DNA of 32,000 bases, from the NCBI GenBank assembly GCA_030167145.1, contig CP126532.1, forward strand, positions 3,660,001-3,692,000, given 5' to 3'. Within the stretch, counting starts at the first letter, position 1. Each line of letters begins with the position of its first letter. Shown piece by piece: positions 8,155-16,256 of the stretch. The notes beneath the pieces are model-generated. The model saw nothing but the letters and a program-made list of their open reading frames with translations, was not told where the DNA came from and made no database searches. Both the position numbers and the translations under genes were made by a program. The DNA comes from Ktedonobacterales bacterium. GTDB taxonomy: Bacteria; Chloroflexota; Ktedonobacteria; Ktedonobacterales; JADMIN01.

Positions 8155-8703
8155 CTAGCGGCGTTTGCGCTTCGGCGCCCGCCTGGGGTTGCCTTTGCGT
8201 GAGGGTGGGCTGTCGTCGCTGCCTCCGTCGCGCTCCAACTGTGAGCGCCAATGCTGGCGCGTTTGGGCGCGTTTGCGCAGGTCATTTGGCGGCGCGTTGA
8301 GCATCCGCGCCATCTCGTTCACGCCGATGGCATGGCCGCTGCTGGTGGTGGCGCTGGCGCGCACTTCGAGGTCATTGCTGCATATCACCACACGCGCTCC
8401 AGCGGCTGATTCGCGGTCGCAGAGGCGAGCGATCACCGCGTCAGCCTTCTCGCCGCGCTGACTGTAGACAATCTGCCCACGAGGCATCTTTGCAATGGGT
8501 TGGGTCGTTTCGTAGGGGCCATCGCCATCGAAGACGACGACGACGCGGTGCGGGGTCTGGCGATACTTCCCGCGCATCTGCGTGATGAGCGCGTCGCGAG
8601 CGGCGGCGAGGCTCTGGCGCTCGGCGGCGAGCAGCGCGGGTGTGTTCTTGATGACGTTGTAGCCGTCAACCAGCAGTGTTTTCGGCTCCATATCCGGGTC
8701 CAT
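8155..8703 (-). CDS. yacP: NYN-domain ribonuclease, YacP/Rae1-like
   Basis: LLVDGYNV...VVVFDG at the N-terminus is the YacP-type NYN/PIN-like signature. The gene lies directly downstream of rlmB, as in Bacillus. It has a basic C-terminal tail. The start overlaps the rlmB stop region, with GAGAGGAA upstream. Confidence 0.75.
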   Translation of the reverse strand: MDPDMEPKTLLVDGYNVIKNTPALLAAERQSLAAARDALITQMRGKYRQTPHRVVVVFDGDGPYETTQPIAKMPRGQIVYSQRGEKADAVIARLCDRESAAGARVVICSNDLEVRASATTSSGHAIGVNEMARMLNAPPNDLRKRAQTRQHWRSQLERDGGSDDSPPSRKGNPRRAPKRKRR

Positions 8704-8709
8704 CCGCGC

Positions 8710-9537
8710 TCATTCCTCTCCGCCGTCGCCGTCGCCATCGCCCATATCGCCCATATCGCCCGCTTCGTCCACAGCGTCTCCCGCCTCGTCAGTCGCGGGC
8801 TGCGCCCAGCCGCGCTGCCGCCAGATCTCATAGAGCGCGATGGAGCCTGCGACGGCGGCGTTGAGCGAGCCGACATGACCGCGCATCGGCATCCGCACCA
8901 GCAGGTCACAGTGTTCGCGGGCGAGGCGGCTGATGCCTTTGGCTTCGTTGCCGACAACGAGGGCGATGGGTCCGGTGAGGTTGGCCTGATCGAAGCGGGT
9001 TTTGGCCTCGCCGTCCAGACCGATGCACCAGAGGCCCCGTTTCTTCAAGTCGTCCAGCGTGCGCGTGATGTTGGTCACCTGCGCCACGGGGAGGAATTCG
9101 ACCGCGCCAGCCGAGGTTTTGTCCACGGTGGGGGTGAGGCCGGCGGCGCGGTGTTCGGGGATGATGACGCCGTGCGCGCCGACGGCTTCGGCGGTGCGGA
9201 TCAGCGAGCCGAGATTCTGCACGTCCTGGATCGCGTCGAGCACAATGACCAGTGGCGGCTCGCCCAGGTCTTCGGCGCGCTTGAGGATGTCGTCTACGTC
9301 AGCATACTCACGCGGCGCGGTCACGGCGATCACGCCCTGATGGTTGCCGCCTTTGCTGATGTCATCCAATCTTCGGCGCGAAGCAGTCTCCACGGAGACG
9401 CCCGTGCGCCGCGCTTGATCCAGCAGTTGCGTCAGCGCGGTATCGCGCGGCCCCTGCGCCACGAGCAGGCGATGCACCTTGCGCCGCGAACGGAGCGCTT
9501 CCAATACGGGGTAGCGGCCCCAGATATAATCGGCCAT
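8710..9537 (-). CDS. rlmB: 23S rRNA (guanosine-2'-O)-methyltransferase, RlmB/TrmH family
   Basis: The ORF track extends to 9657. I prefer ATG 9537 (MADYIWGRYPVLEAL, the usual substrate-binding N-domain start). SpoU motifs NLGSLIRTAEAVGAHGVI, LVVGNEAKGIS and PMRGHVGSLNAAVAGSIALYE are present, followed by an acidic Asp/Gly-rich C-terminal tail. Confidence 0.85.
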   Translation of the reverse strand: MADYIWGRYPVLEALRSRRKVHRLLVAQGPRDTALTQLLDQARRTGVSVETASRRRLDDISKGGNHQGVIAVTAPREYADVDDILKRAEDLGEPPLVIVLDAIQDVQNLGSLIRTAEAVGAHGVIIPEHRAAGLTPTVDKTSAGAVEFLPVAQVTNITRTLDDLKKRGLWCIGLDGEAKTRFDQANLTGPIALVVGNEAKGISRLAREHCDLLVRMPMRGHVGSLNAAVAGSIALYEIWRQRGWAQPATDEAGDAVDEAGDMGDMGDGDGDGGEE

Positions 9538-9576
9538 GGTGTAGCGTCTGCCCTTTCTGAACGATGGGTGAAGCAG

Positions 9577-9631
9577 GCGGATAAATCCGCGCCTTGATGG
9601 CGTACCGCCGGCAAACCCGCCGACGCGGGTT
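9577..9631 (-). repeat. Two-hairpin intergenic element, copy 3 (reverse orientation)
   Basis: On the minus strand it reads AACCCGC-GTCG-GCGGGTT, TGCCGGCGGTACGCCATCAAGGC, GCGGA-TTTA-TCCGC. It lies in the 132-nt gap between the cysS stop (9670) and the rlmB start (9537). Confidence 0.8.
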
Positions 9632-9669
9632 CGGGAGAGCGATCGCGCCTGCATCACACCTTGGATGGT

Positions 9670-11142
9670 CTATTCGCCGAGGGACCAGGTAGCGCCCTGC
9701 GGCGTGTCTTTCACGATCACATTGTACGTCGTAAGCAACTCGTTGCGTATGCGGTCCGACTCGGCGAAGTCGCGGTTCTTGCGCGCGGTGGCGCGCTGGG
9801 CGAGCAGCGCTTCGATGGCGACCAGTGTTTCCGCGTCGAGCGCGCCGGATTCAGCGACTTCGAGTTGCACGCCGAGTGTGCCAGTCAGTTCCGCCAGCGC
9901 GGCGCGGGCCTCACGCAGCGCCGCAAGCACGGCGGGCGAGGCGGGAGCATCCCGCAGGCCGCTGGCGTAGGTGTTGGTGTGCCGCACCAGTTCGTCAATC
10001 GCGGCGAGGGCGGGCGAGGTATTGAAGTCCTCATCCATCGCCTCAATGAACGCTTGACGTGCTTCGGTAATGCGCTCGCTCAGGGTGTGTTCGGCATCGC
10101 CCCGCGCGCTAGCACCCTTTTTAGCGGCGGAGGTGTGCGCCTCGGCCCAGGTGAGCAACCGGGCGAGATTGGCGTCGGCTTCGGCCCAGCGCCGCCAGCG
10201 CACGGCGCTGGCGGCTAGCTGCTCTTCCGAGAAGATCATCGGCGCGCGGTAGTGCTGGCCCAGCAGATAGAGCCGTAGCGCGGGCGCGGGCGTCTCGCCG
10301 TCCGCGAGCACCGAGGCGATGGTGATGAACCGGCCAGAGTGGGCTACCTTCTCGCCGGAGGGCAGATTCATCAGGCCGGTGTGAACCCAGCGTCTTGCGA
10401 AAGGATGCTTGCCGGTAAGGCTCTCGCTCTGCGCGATCTCATTCTCGTGATGCGGGAAGATCAGGTCCGCGCCGCCGCCGTGAATATCTATCTGCTCGCC
10501 AAGCGAATCCATCGCCATCGTCGAGCATTCGATGTGCCAGCCAGGGCGGCCCTTGCTCCACGGACTCTCCCACCACGGCTCGCCCGGCTTGGCAGATTTC
10601 CACAGCGCAAAGTCGCGCGGGTCGCGCTTGCGGTCGTCCGGCTCGATGCGCGCGCCAGCCAGATTGGCGTCTTCGTCGCGGCCAGAGAGCCGTCCGTAAG
10701 CAGGGAACGTTGGCACGGAGAAGAAGACATCCCCATCCACCACATAGGCATGCCCCTTCGCGATCAACCCTTCGATGAACTCGATAATCTTGGGGATGTA
10801 GCGGGTGACGTAGGTGAACTCATCCGCCGGACGGACGTTGAGGCGGTCCATGTCGCGGAAGTAGGCTTTGGTGTAGCGTTCGGCGGCTTGGGAGGCGGGA
10901 ATGCCTTCGCGATGCCCGGCGGCGATGATTTTGTCGTCAATATCGGTGAAGTTCTGCACATACTTGACGGGATAGCCGCGATACTCCAGATAGCGGCGCA
11001 CCATGTCATTGACGACGAAGAGGCGCGCGTGGCCGATGTGCGGCTCATTCTTGGGCGTCAGGCCGCAGACGTACATCTTAACGGGCAGGTCTTTCGGCTC
11101 GAAGTCTTCGTTGCGGCGGGTCTCGGTATTGTACATTCGCAT
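9670..11142 (-). CDS. cysS: Cysteine--tRNA ligase
   Basis: The ORF track extends to 11253 through the tandem repeat. ATG 11142 (MRMYNTETRRNEDFEP) has AGGAG (11157-11153) 10 nt upstream. The HIGH motif (PHIGHARLF), WHIECSTMA zinc site and GGGADLIFPHHENEIAQSE are present. The KMSKS position reads KVAHS. Confidence 0.9.
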   Translation of the reverse strand: MRMYNTETRRNEDFEPKDLPVKMYVCGLTPKNEPHIGHARLFVVNDMVRRYLEYRGYPVKYVQNFTDIDDKIIAAGHREGIPASQAAERYTKAYFRDMDRLNVRPADEFTYVTRYIPKIIEFIEGLIAKGHAYVVDGDVFFSVPTFPAYGRLSGRDEDANLAGARIEPDDRKRDPRDFALWKSAKPGEPWWESPWSKGRPGWHIECSTMAMDSLGEQIDIHGGGADLIFPHHENEIAQSESLTGKHPFARRWVHTGLMNLPSGEKVAHSGRFITIASVLADGETPAPALRLYLLGQHYRAPMIFSEEQLAASAVRWRRWAEADANLARLLTWAEAHTSAAKKGASARGDAEHTLSERITEARQAFIEAMDEDFNTSPALAAIDELVRHTNTYASGLRDAPASPAVLAALREARAALAELTGTLGVQLEVAESGALDAETLVAIEALLAQRATARKNRDFAESDRIRNELLTTYNVIVKDTPQGATWSLGE

Positions 11143-11175
11143 GGGTCGTATTCTCCTGGCTCGGTGTGGCAGGTC

Positions 11176-11313
11176 GCCTGCCATCTGGTGGGGCGGACGC
11201 CTGCCATCTGGTGAGGCGGACGCCTGCCATCTGGTGAGGCGGACGCCTGCCATCTGGTGAGGCGGACGCCTGCCATCTGGTGAGGCGGACGCCTGCCATC
11301 TGGTGGGGCGGTC
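11176..11313. repeat. Tandem array, 6 x 23 nt (GCCTGCCATCTGGTGAGGCGGAC)
   Basis: Copies start at 11176, 11199, 11222, 11245, 11268 and 11291. Copies 2-5 are identical, copy 1 has one substitution and copy 6 has two. A degenerate partial unit sits at 11160-11175. The array begins 19 nt upstream of the cysS RBS. Confidence 0.95.
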
Positions 11314-11334
11314 ATTCCTGTCTGCCCGCGCGAT

Positions 11335-11340
11335 AGTATA
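11335..11340 (-). promoter_or_regulatory. Candidate -10 box (TATACT) for cysS, just upstream of the repeat array
   Basis: The same hexamer serves as the -10 in the clear tRNA-Gly and padR promoters of this window. No good -35 is present (CACGCT at 17-nt spacing). Confidence 0.25.
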
Positions 11341-11803
11341 GCGCGTGGCGAAGGCGTAGCGTGTGAGAGGGGGATGCGCCCGCGGCTGTGGTGCGCTCGC
11401 CGGTTCGTGCGGCAGCGAGCGGCATCACGCTTCAGCGGCGGGCGCGGGTACAGGAGCAGGTGAGGCGCAGGGCAGGGGATGAGATGGCAGCTCCAACCGG
11501 AGCGCCAGCGATGATGGCTATAACGGATAAGTGGCGCGATACCTCAAGCGATACCATGCGTCCTCGTGCTCTCACTGCGCGCCCGAACTTATCATACCTG
11601 GGCGCGTTCTCCCATATTATCGCGCGCGAAGCGGGCGAAGTCAAACGAGGATACAATGTTTACCTGGGAAGTACATGTTCGGAGTGTATCGCGGCTTCTT
11701 CACCGTCGCTGTTCTGCTAGTCTGCCTCCGTCGGGCATGCTCTGCCACTGACTGCGCCGCGTGTTGATCGGGCGAGGTACGTAGATCCGAAAAGGGGCCG
11801 AGG

Positions 11804-12562
11804 ATGACGACATATCTGGAGCGCTACCTTGCGGGCGAGCGTGAGCGAGTGTGGGCCGAGTTGCTGGCGCTTGGCGCGCGGGTGCGTGACGAGCCAGTCT
11901 ATTCGGATGCTCTAGCTGTTGCCCGCGAGACGATGCGCCGGGCGCGCCACAACATTGAGGTGCTGATCCCGCGCCTCGAAGAGATTGGTTATTACTTCGG
12001 CTACGGGTGGTTGGAGAATGACGAACGCTCCTTTGCCAATTGGCAACCGCCGGTCTTCGGCCCACCGAAGCCACATGTGCTGGACCGTATCATCGAGCTA
12101 GAGACGCTCATCGGACCACTGCCGCTCTCGCTGCGCGCATGGTACGAGACGGTAGGAGCGGTTAACTTTGTTGGGGCCGCGCCAGAGCAATGGCACGTGG
12201 ATGAACGAGCTGATCCGCTCTACATCTATCCAATTGAGGAAGCCCTTGCCGAGTACGCTGAGTGGAAGACAGTCCACACCGCGTGGGCGGCAGGAGACGA
12301 GGCGAACGACCCAGGTCCGTTTCGCGTGCCCATTGCCCCCGACTTTTGCCATAAGTACAACATCAGTGGCGGCATGTGGTACCACATCGTGTTGCCAAAC
12401 CCCGCAATGGATGCCCCATTGCAGGCTGAGCGCCATGCCGTCACGTTCGTCAAGTACCTGCGCATCTGTTTCCACTGGGGTGGCCTCCCTGGACTCGATA
12501 TCGCTCCCGTAGTGCCGGCACCTGAACTGGCGTCGCTCACCCGCGACCTGCTGCCACTCTAG
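11804..12562 (+). CDS. Hypothetical protein, possibly SMI1/KNR4 (SUKH)-like
   Basis: 252-aa ORF with AAGGGG upstream. The segment IELETLIGPLPLSLRAWYETVGAVNF resembles the LG..LP..y..f....nG core of SUKH-1 domains. This is a weak assignment from memory. Confidence 0.6.
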   Translation: MTTYLERYLAGERERVWAELLALGARVRDEPVYSDALAVARETMRRARHNIEVLIPRLEEIGYYFGYGWLENDERSFANWQPPVFGPPKPHVLDRIIELETLIGPLPLSLRAWYETVGAVNFVGAAPEQWHVDERADPLYIYPIEEALAEYAEWKTVHTAWAAGDEANDPGPFRVPIAPDFCHKYNISGGMWYHIVLPNPAMDAPLQAERHAVTFVKYLRICFHWGGLPGLDIAPVVPAPELASLTRDLLPL

Positions 12563-12743
12563 CGGACGGCTCTGGTCCGTCGCACGGCGTCATCTACGCC
12601 GTCATGTCGCTACGGGCCACATGTTTTAGAACCGCCACTACGCTCACAACCTGTGCTATCCTTGGGCCAGTGCGCGTTCTTCTGCCATTTTGCCTGATCG
12701 AGACCGGCATTGGGCGGAGTTCGCAACGACTGAGGAGTGTACT

Positions 12744-13709
12744 ATGCTCAACGATGCTGTGCTGCTGAACGATTGGCATGTGGTGGCCTATGCCCCGGAT
12801 GTGCCGGAGGGCAAGCCGGTCTCCGTGCGGCTGCTGGAAGAAGACCTCGTGCTGTGGCGCGCGGGCGGCCAGGTGCATGCCTGGCGCGACCTCTGCGTGC
12901 ATCGCGGCACGCGGCTCTCGCTGGGCCGGATCGAGGGCGACACGCTGGTCTGCCCGTACCACGGCTGGACCTATAACACCGAAGGCCGCTGCGTGCGCAT
13001 CCCCGCCCATCCAGGGCAGACGCCGCCGGAGAAGGCGCGCACGATGGTCTATCAGGCGCGCGAAAAATACGGCTGGATCTGGGTCTCACCCGGCAATCCC
13101 ACGCATGACATACCGGCATTCCCAGAGTGGGACGACGCCAGCTTCCGCAAGGTGCATTGCGGTCCGTACACCTTCAAGGCCAGCGGGCCGCGCGCCATAG
13201 AAAACTTCCTCGACGTGACGCACTTCCCCTTCGTCCATGCGGGCTACCTCGGCGACCCACAGTTCCCCGAAGTCAACGACTATGAGGCGGAGATTACCCC
13301 CGAAGGTGTGATTGCGCGCGATATTACCGTCTGGCAGCCAGACCCGGATGGGTCAGGCCAGGGCGCGCAGGTGACGTATACCTATCAGGTGTTGCGCCCG
13401 CTCACGGCCTATTTCGTGAAGTCCTCGGCGGGGCCGCGCTTCGCCATGTACTTCACGGTGACACCCGTCGCCCAGGATACCTCGATTGCCTGGACCTACG
13501 TCGCGCTGGACTACGGCGACCAGACCGAAGCGGAGATCCGTGACTTCGAGAACCTCATCACCTGGCAGGATGTGCCGATTGTCGAATCGCAGCGCCCCGA
13601 ACTGCTGCCGCTGGACCTGCAAGCCGAGCTACACCTGCGCTCCGACCGCACCGCCATCGCCTATCGCCGCTGGCTGCGGCAGATCGGCCTCACCTTCGGC
13701 ACCGCATAA
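12744..13709 (+). CDS. Rieske [2Fe-2S] non-heme iron oxygenase (PAO/Tic55/VanA-like alpha subunit)
   Basis: ORF 12690..13709. ATG 12744 follows GAGGAG (12732-12737). Rieske motif C-V-H-R-G ... C-P-Y-H-G-W is present, as is the mononuclear iron motif NFLDVTHFPFVH. Confidence 0.85.
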   Translation: MLNDAVLLNDWHVVAYAPDVPEGKPVSVRLLEEDLVLWRAGGQVHAWRDLCVHRGTRLSLGRIEGDTLVCPYHGWTYNTEGRCVRIPAHPGQTPPEKARTMVYQAREKYGWIWVSPGNPTHDIPAFPEWDDASFRKVHCGPYTFKASGPRAIENFLDVTHFPFVHAGYLGDPQFPEVNDYEAEITPEGVIARDITVWQPDPDGSGQGAQVTYTYQVLRPLTAYFVKSSAGPRFAMYFTVTPVAQDTSIAWTYVALDYGDQTEAEIRDFENLITWQDVPIVESQRPELLPLDLQAELHLRSDRTAIAYRRWLRQIGLTFGTA

Positions 13710-13725
13710 TCACGCCATGCGTCGG

Positions 13726-13820
13726 GGCGTCCGGTGGACGCCCATGGGCCGGTGGACGCCCATGGGCCGGTGGACGCCCATGGGCCGGTGGACGCCCATG
13801 GGCCGGTGGACGCCCGTCAA
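13726..13820. repeat. Tandem array, 18 nt (CCGGTGGACGCCCATGGG) x4 perfect plus one truncated copy, seeded by a perfect hairpin
   Basis: Units start at 13731, 13749, 13767 and 13785, with a diverged fifth at 13803. The hairpin GGCGTCC-GGT-GGACGCC at 13726-13742 overlaps unit 1. Confidence 0.95.
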
Positions 13821-13864
13821 TTCCTGGTGGGGGCAGACATTCCTGTCCGCCTCTGCCCGCGCCT

Positions 13865-14641
13865 TCACACCTCTATTGCGTCCCCATCCTTTGGCAGCAG
13901 AATTGTACCCGCGAAATGCTCCGCCACCTCAGCCCATATCTCTTCGTCGGGCCACGGCCCGCGATGCACCAGCGCCAGCGTCTGCGCGCCGCAGTTTGCC
14001 GCTTCCTTCCCGGTTTCGGGCGCGGTCATATGCTTGCTCATCCGCGCGCCCGCCTCCCATGCGCGCGGATAGGTGCATTCCGTAATCAGCATCCGCGTAC
14101 CCTGGCCCAGTGCCCGAATGCTGGCCGCCGGCTGTGTATCCGAGGTATACGTCACGTCGCCGCCCGGCAGCCGCAGCCGCAACCCTGCCGACGGAATCGA
14201 ATGATCCATCGTGGCGACGCGCGCTTCGATGCCCGCGAGCGTCAATTCCTGGCCGTCTTCCACCGGCGCAAATGTCACCGCGAACGACCACGACTTCAAC
14301 GTTAGCTCAAAGTCGAAGACGCCCACCAGTCGCCGCGCCACCTCCAGCACCGGCGGCAGCGCCCAGATGCGTAGCGGCACGGTGCGCCCGCCCAGACGCA
14401 GGCTCTCGATCAGCGAGGGTAGCGCGCCGATATGGTCAATGTGCGCGTGGGTGATGAAGAGATCGCTGAGCGCATCCGGGCCAATATCCGCCCGCAGCAG
14501 CGCGCTATAGATGTCGCCACCGCAATCTATCAGCAGTCCGCCGGAGGAGGATGGATCAGCGCCGGTAATCGCCAGCGCTGTGTTCGCGCGGTCGCGGGCG
14601 GGTAGCGCCGCCCCTGTGCCCAGGAAGACCAGTTTCGCCAT
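13865..14641 (-). CDS. MBL-fold metallo-hydrolase (RNase Z/BN-like)
   Basis: 258-aa ORF with GAGGAGGAAA upstream. The N-terminus is LVFLGTGAALP, followed by LLIDCG and the H-x-H-x-D-H motif (THAHIDH). Confidence 0.8.
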   Translation of the reverse strand: MAKLVFLGTGAALPARDRANTALAITGADPSSSGGLLIDCGGDIYSALLRADIGPDALSDLFITHAHIDHIGALPSLIESLRLGGRTVPLRIWALPPVLEVARRLVGVFDFELTLKSWSFAVTFAPVEDGQELTLAGIEARVATMDHSIPSAGLRLRLPGGDVTYTSDTQPAASIRALGQGTRMLITECTYPRAWEAGARMSKHMTAPETGKEAANCGAQTLALVHRGPWPDEEIWAEVAEHFAGTILLPKDGDAIEV

Positions 14642-14702
14642 CGGGTAATTTCCTCCTCGCCGCCCCGCGCTGCCCGTGCCTGCCAGCTACCCGCGCCAGA
14701 GG

Positions 14703-15386
14703 CTAGCGCCAGCCGTCCTCGTGACGGCCCCGCCCCTGGCCGCGTGCGCGGCTGCCCGCATACGGACCGGAATCGCCGCCGCGTGGCCTTCCGTCAGTGT
14801 TGTCGTGGGGCCGAGACGCGCGACGCTGTGATGTACTGTCTGACGTACTATACGCTTTTTGGCGCGTTGTGGTCATAGCGGGCAAGCCGCTCGCCGTTGG
14901 CCGGAGCGATGGTTGTTCCCGTCCCTGCCCTCGCGCTGTTTCCGTGGCCTCGTGTCCGCGTCCCGCCACCGCACCGGTTACAGCGGCGATGGCCACCAAC
15001 AGCACCCCGATGAAGACCAGCCCCATCAGCATGCCAATGACACCTACTGCTTGATCTTGAAGGAGCAACGGTGCCGAATCCATCACACTTGTGCCGATCA
15101 CCAGCACGATGACCGTCACCACAAAGAGCAGCGCGGCAACACCACCGGCGCCCGCGCCACCAATCGCGCCACCGCTTGCGCCTGCGTGCGACCGCCCACC
15201 GAATATCCCAGCCAGGATGCCGCCGAGCAGCAATCCGCAAATCAGCGCCACCGCCCCCCAGGTAATCATTTCACCGAAATCGAAGATGCCAACGATATTG
15301 GCGATGTTGACCGCGACAAGCGGCACTATCGCGGCTAGCCATCCCAGCAGCCCGCCAACCAGTCGCGCTCGCATGCGCTCCTCCAT
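14703..15386 (-). CDS. Integral membrane protein, Gly-rich TM helices, disordered basic C-terminus
   Basis: 227-aa ORF with about 5 hydrophobic segments. An alternative start at ATG 15374 has GGAGG 5 nt upstream. Confidence 0.65.
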   Translation of the reverse strand: MEERMRARLVGGLLGWLAAIVPLVAVNIANIVGIFDFGEMITWGAVALICGLLLGGILAGIFGGRSHAGASGGAIGGAGAGGVAALLFVVTVIVLVIGTSVMDSAPLLLQDQAVGVIGMLMGLVFIGVLLVAIAAVTGAVAGRGHEATETARGQGREQPSLRPTASGLPAMTTTRQKAYSTSDSTSQRRASRPHDNTDGRPRGGDSGPYAGSRARGQGRGRHEDGWR

Positions 15387-15497
15387 CTCTCACCCATCTC
15401 GCGCGGACCGTTCTTGCCGCGTGGTGAAATCAGCCAAAGTGTACGCATGCGAGCGGCACACGTCAAGCATGCCGCCCGGAGGTCGTACCCCGCGATC

Positions 15498-16190
15498 TCA
15501 GCGCACCACCGAGATCGCGAAGCCATCCATGCCACCCTCATCCATTGGCAAGGCAATAGAGAGCAGATATGGATCGCTCGCCACGCGGCGATCATACTCA
15601 CCCAGCGCCGCCGTTCCCTCATCGTCGCCAGCCGCTTCGCGCAGCGGCGCGCCGCCGCGAATGCAGTTATCCGCCACGATGATGCTGCCGGGCCGCGTCA
15701 GCTTCAGCGCCCAATCCAGATACGTCGGGTAGCCCGGCTTATCCGCATCAATGAACACCAGATCGAACGGCGCTTCCGCCATCAGCGCGGGCAGCAACTC
15801 GCTCGCCGGACCCACCCGCACCTCCGCACGGTCGCTCAGCCCCGCGCGTGCCAGCGAGCCGCGCGCCACTGCCGCATGCTTCTCGCTCACCTCCAGCGAG
15901 ATCAGCCGCCCATCCGCTGGCAGCGCCCGCGCCAGCCAGATGCCGCTATACCCCGCCAGCGCGCCGATCTCCAGAATCTTGCGTGCCCCACACGCCGCCG
16001 CCAGCACTTGCAGCATCTTGCCTTGCAGCGGCGAAATCTGAATCGCCGGCATTCCCGCGTCGCGACCAGTCGCCAGGGCAGCCACCAGCGCCTCATCTTC
16101 CGGCGCGAACATCCGCGTCAGCGCCTCATCAATAAACGCACGCTTCTCCGCGTCTTCGCGCAGTTGTTGGACGTCATCGGCCTGTGTCAT
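15498..16190 (-). CDS. Class I SAM-dependent O-methyltransferase (caffeoyl-CoA OMT-like)
   Basis: The ORF track extends to 16331. ATG 16190 follows AAGGGAGAA. The SAM motif ILEIGALAGYS, LISLEV and VFIDADK are typical of the cation-dependent OMT family. Confidence 0.8.
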   Translation of the reverse strand: MTQADDVQQLREDAEKRAFIDEALTRMFAPEDEALVAALATGRDAGMPAIQISPLQGKMLQVLAAACGARKILEIGALAGYSGIWLARALPADGRLISLEVSEKHAAVARGSLARAGLSDRAEVRVGPASELLPALMAEAPFDLVFIDADKPGYPTYLDWALKLTRPGSIIVADNCIRGGAPLREAAGDDEGTAALGEYDRRVASDPYLLSIALPMDEGGMDGFAISVVR

Positions 16191-16256
16191 CACGCATTCT
16201 CCCTTGTTCTTGTTGCTATTGGCGTCGGCAGAGCAGCACCTACGCTCACCAACAAG

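Noticed and set aside
11176-11313. CRISPR array (also considered for 13731-13820)
   Set aside because: The repeats are directly abutting with no spacers, the units are only 23 and 18 nt, and no cas genes lie in the window. These are simple tandem repeats.
11058-11315. ORFs reading through the 23-nt array (MAGVRLTRWQASASPDGRRPPHQ repeats), including the N-terminal extension of the cysS ORF to 11253
   Set aside because: All three minus-strand frames are open only because the GC-rich unit lacks stop codons in that strand. The true cysS start at 11142 has a good RBS and the canonical MxxYNT N-terminus.
11143-11803. T-box riboswitch upstream of cysS
   Set aside because: I read the minus strand for the T-box sequence (AANNNGGGUGGNACCGCG), an AGAGA/GA-motif stem I with a UGC/UGU specifier, and a terminator or RBS-sequestering helix. 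Only a loose fragment (UGUACCCGCG) turns up. There is no UGGN bulge context and no terminator. This is not supportable without an Infernal search.
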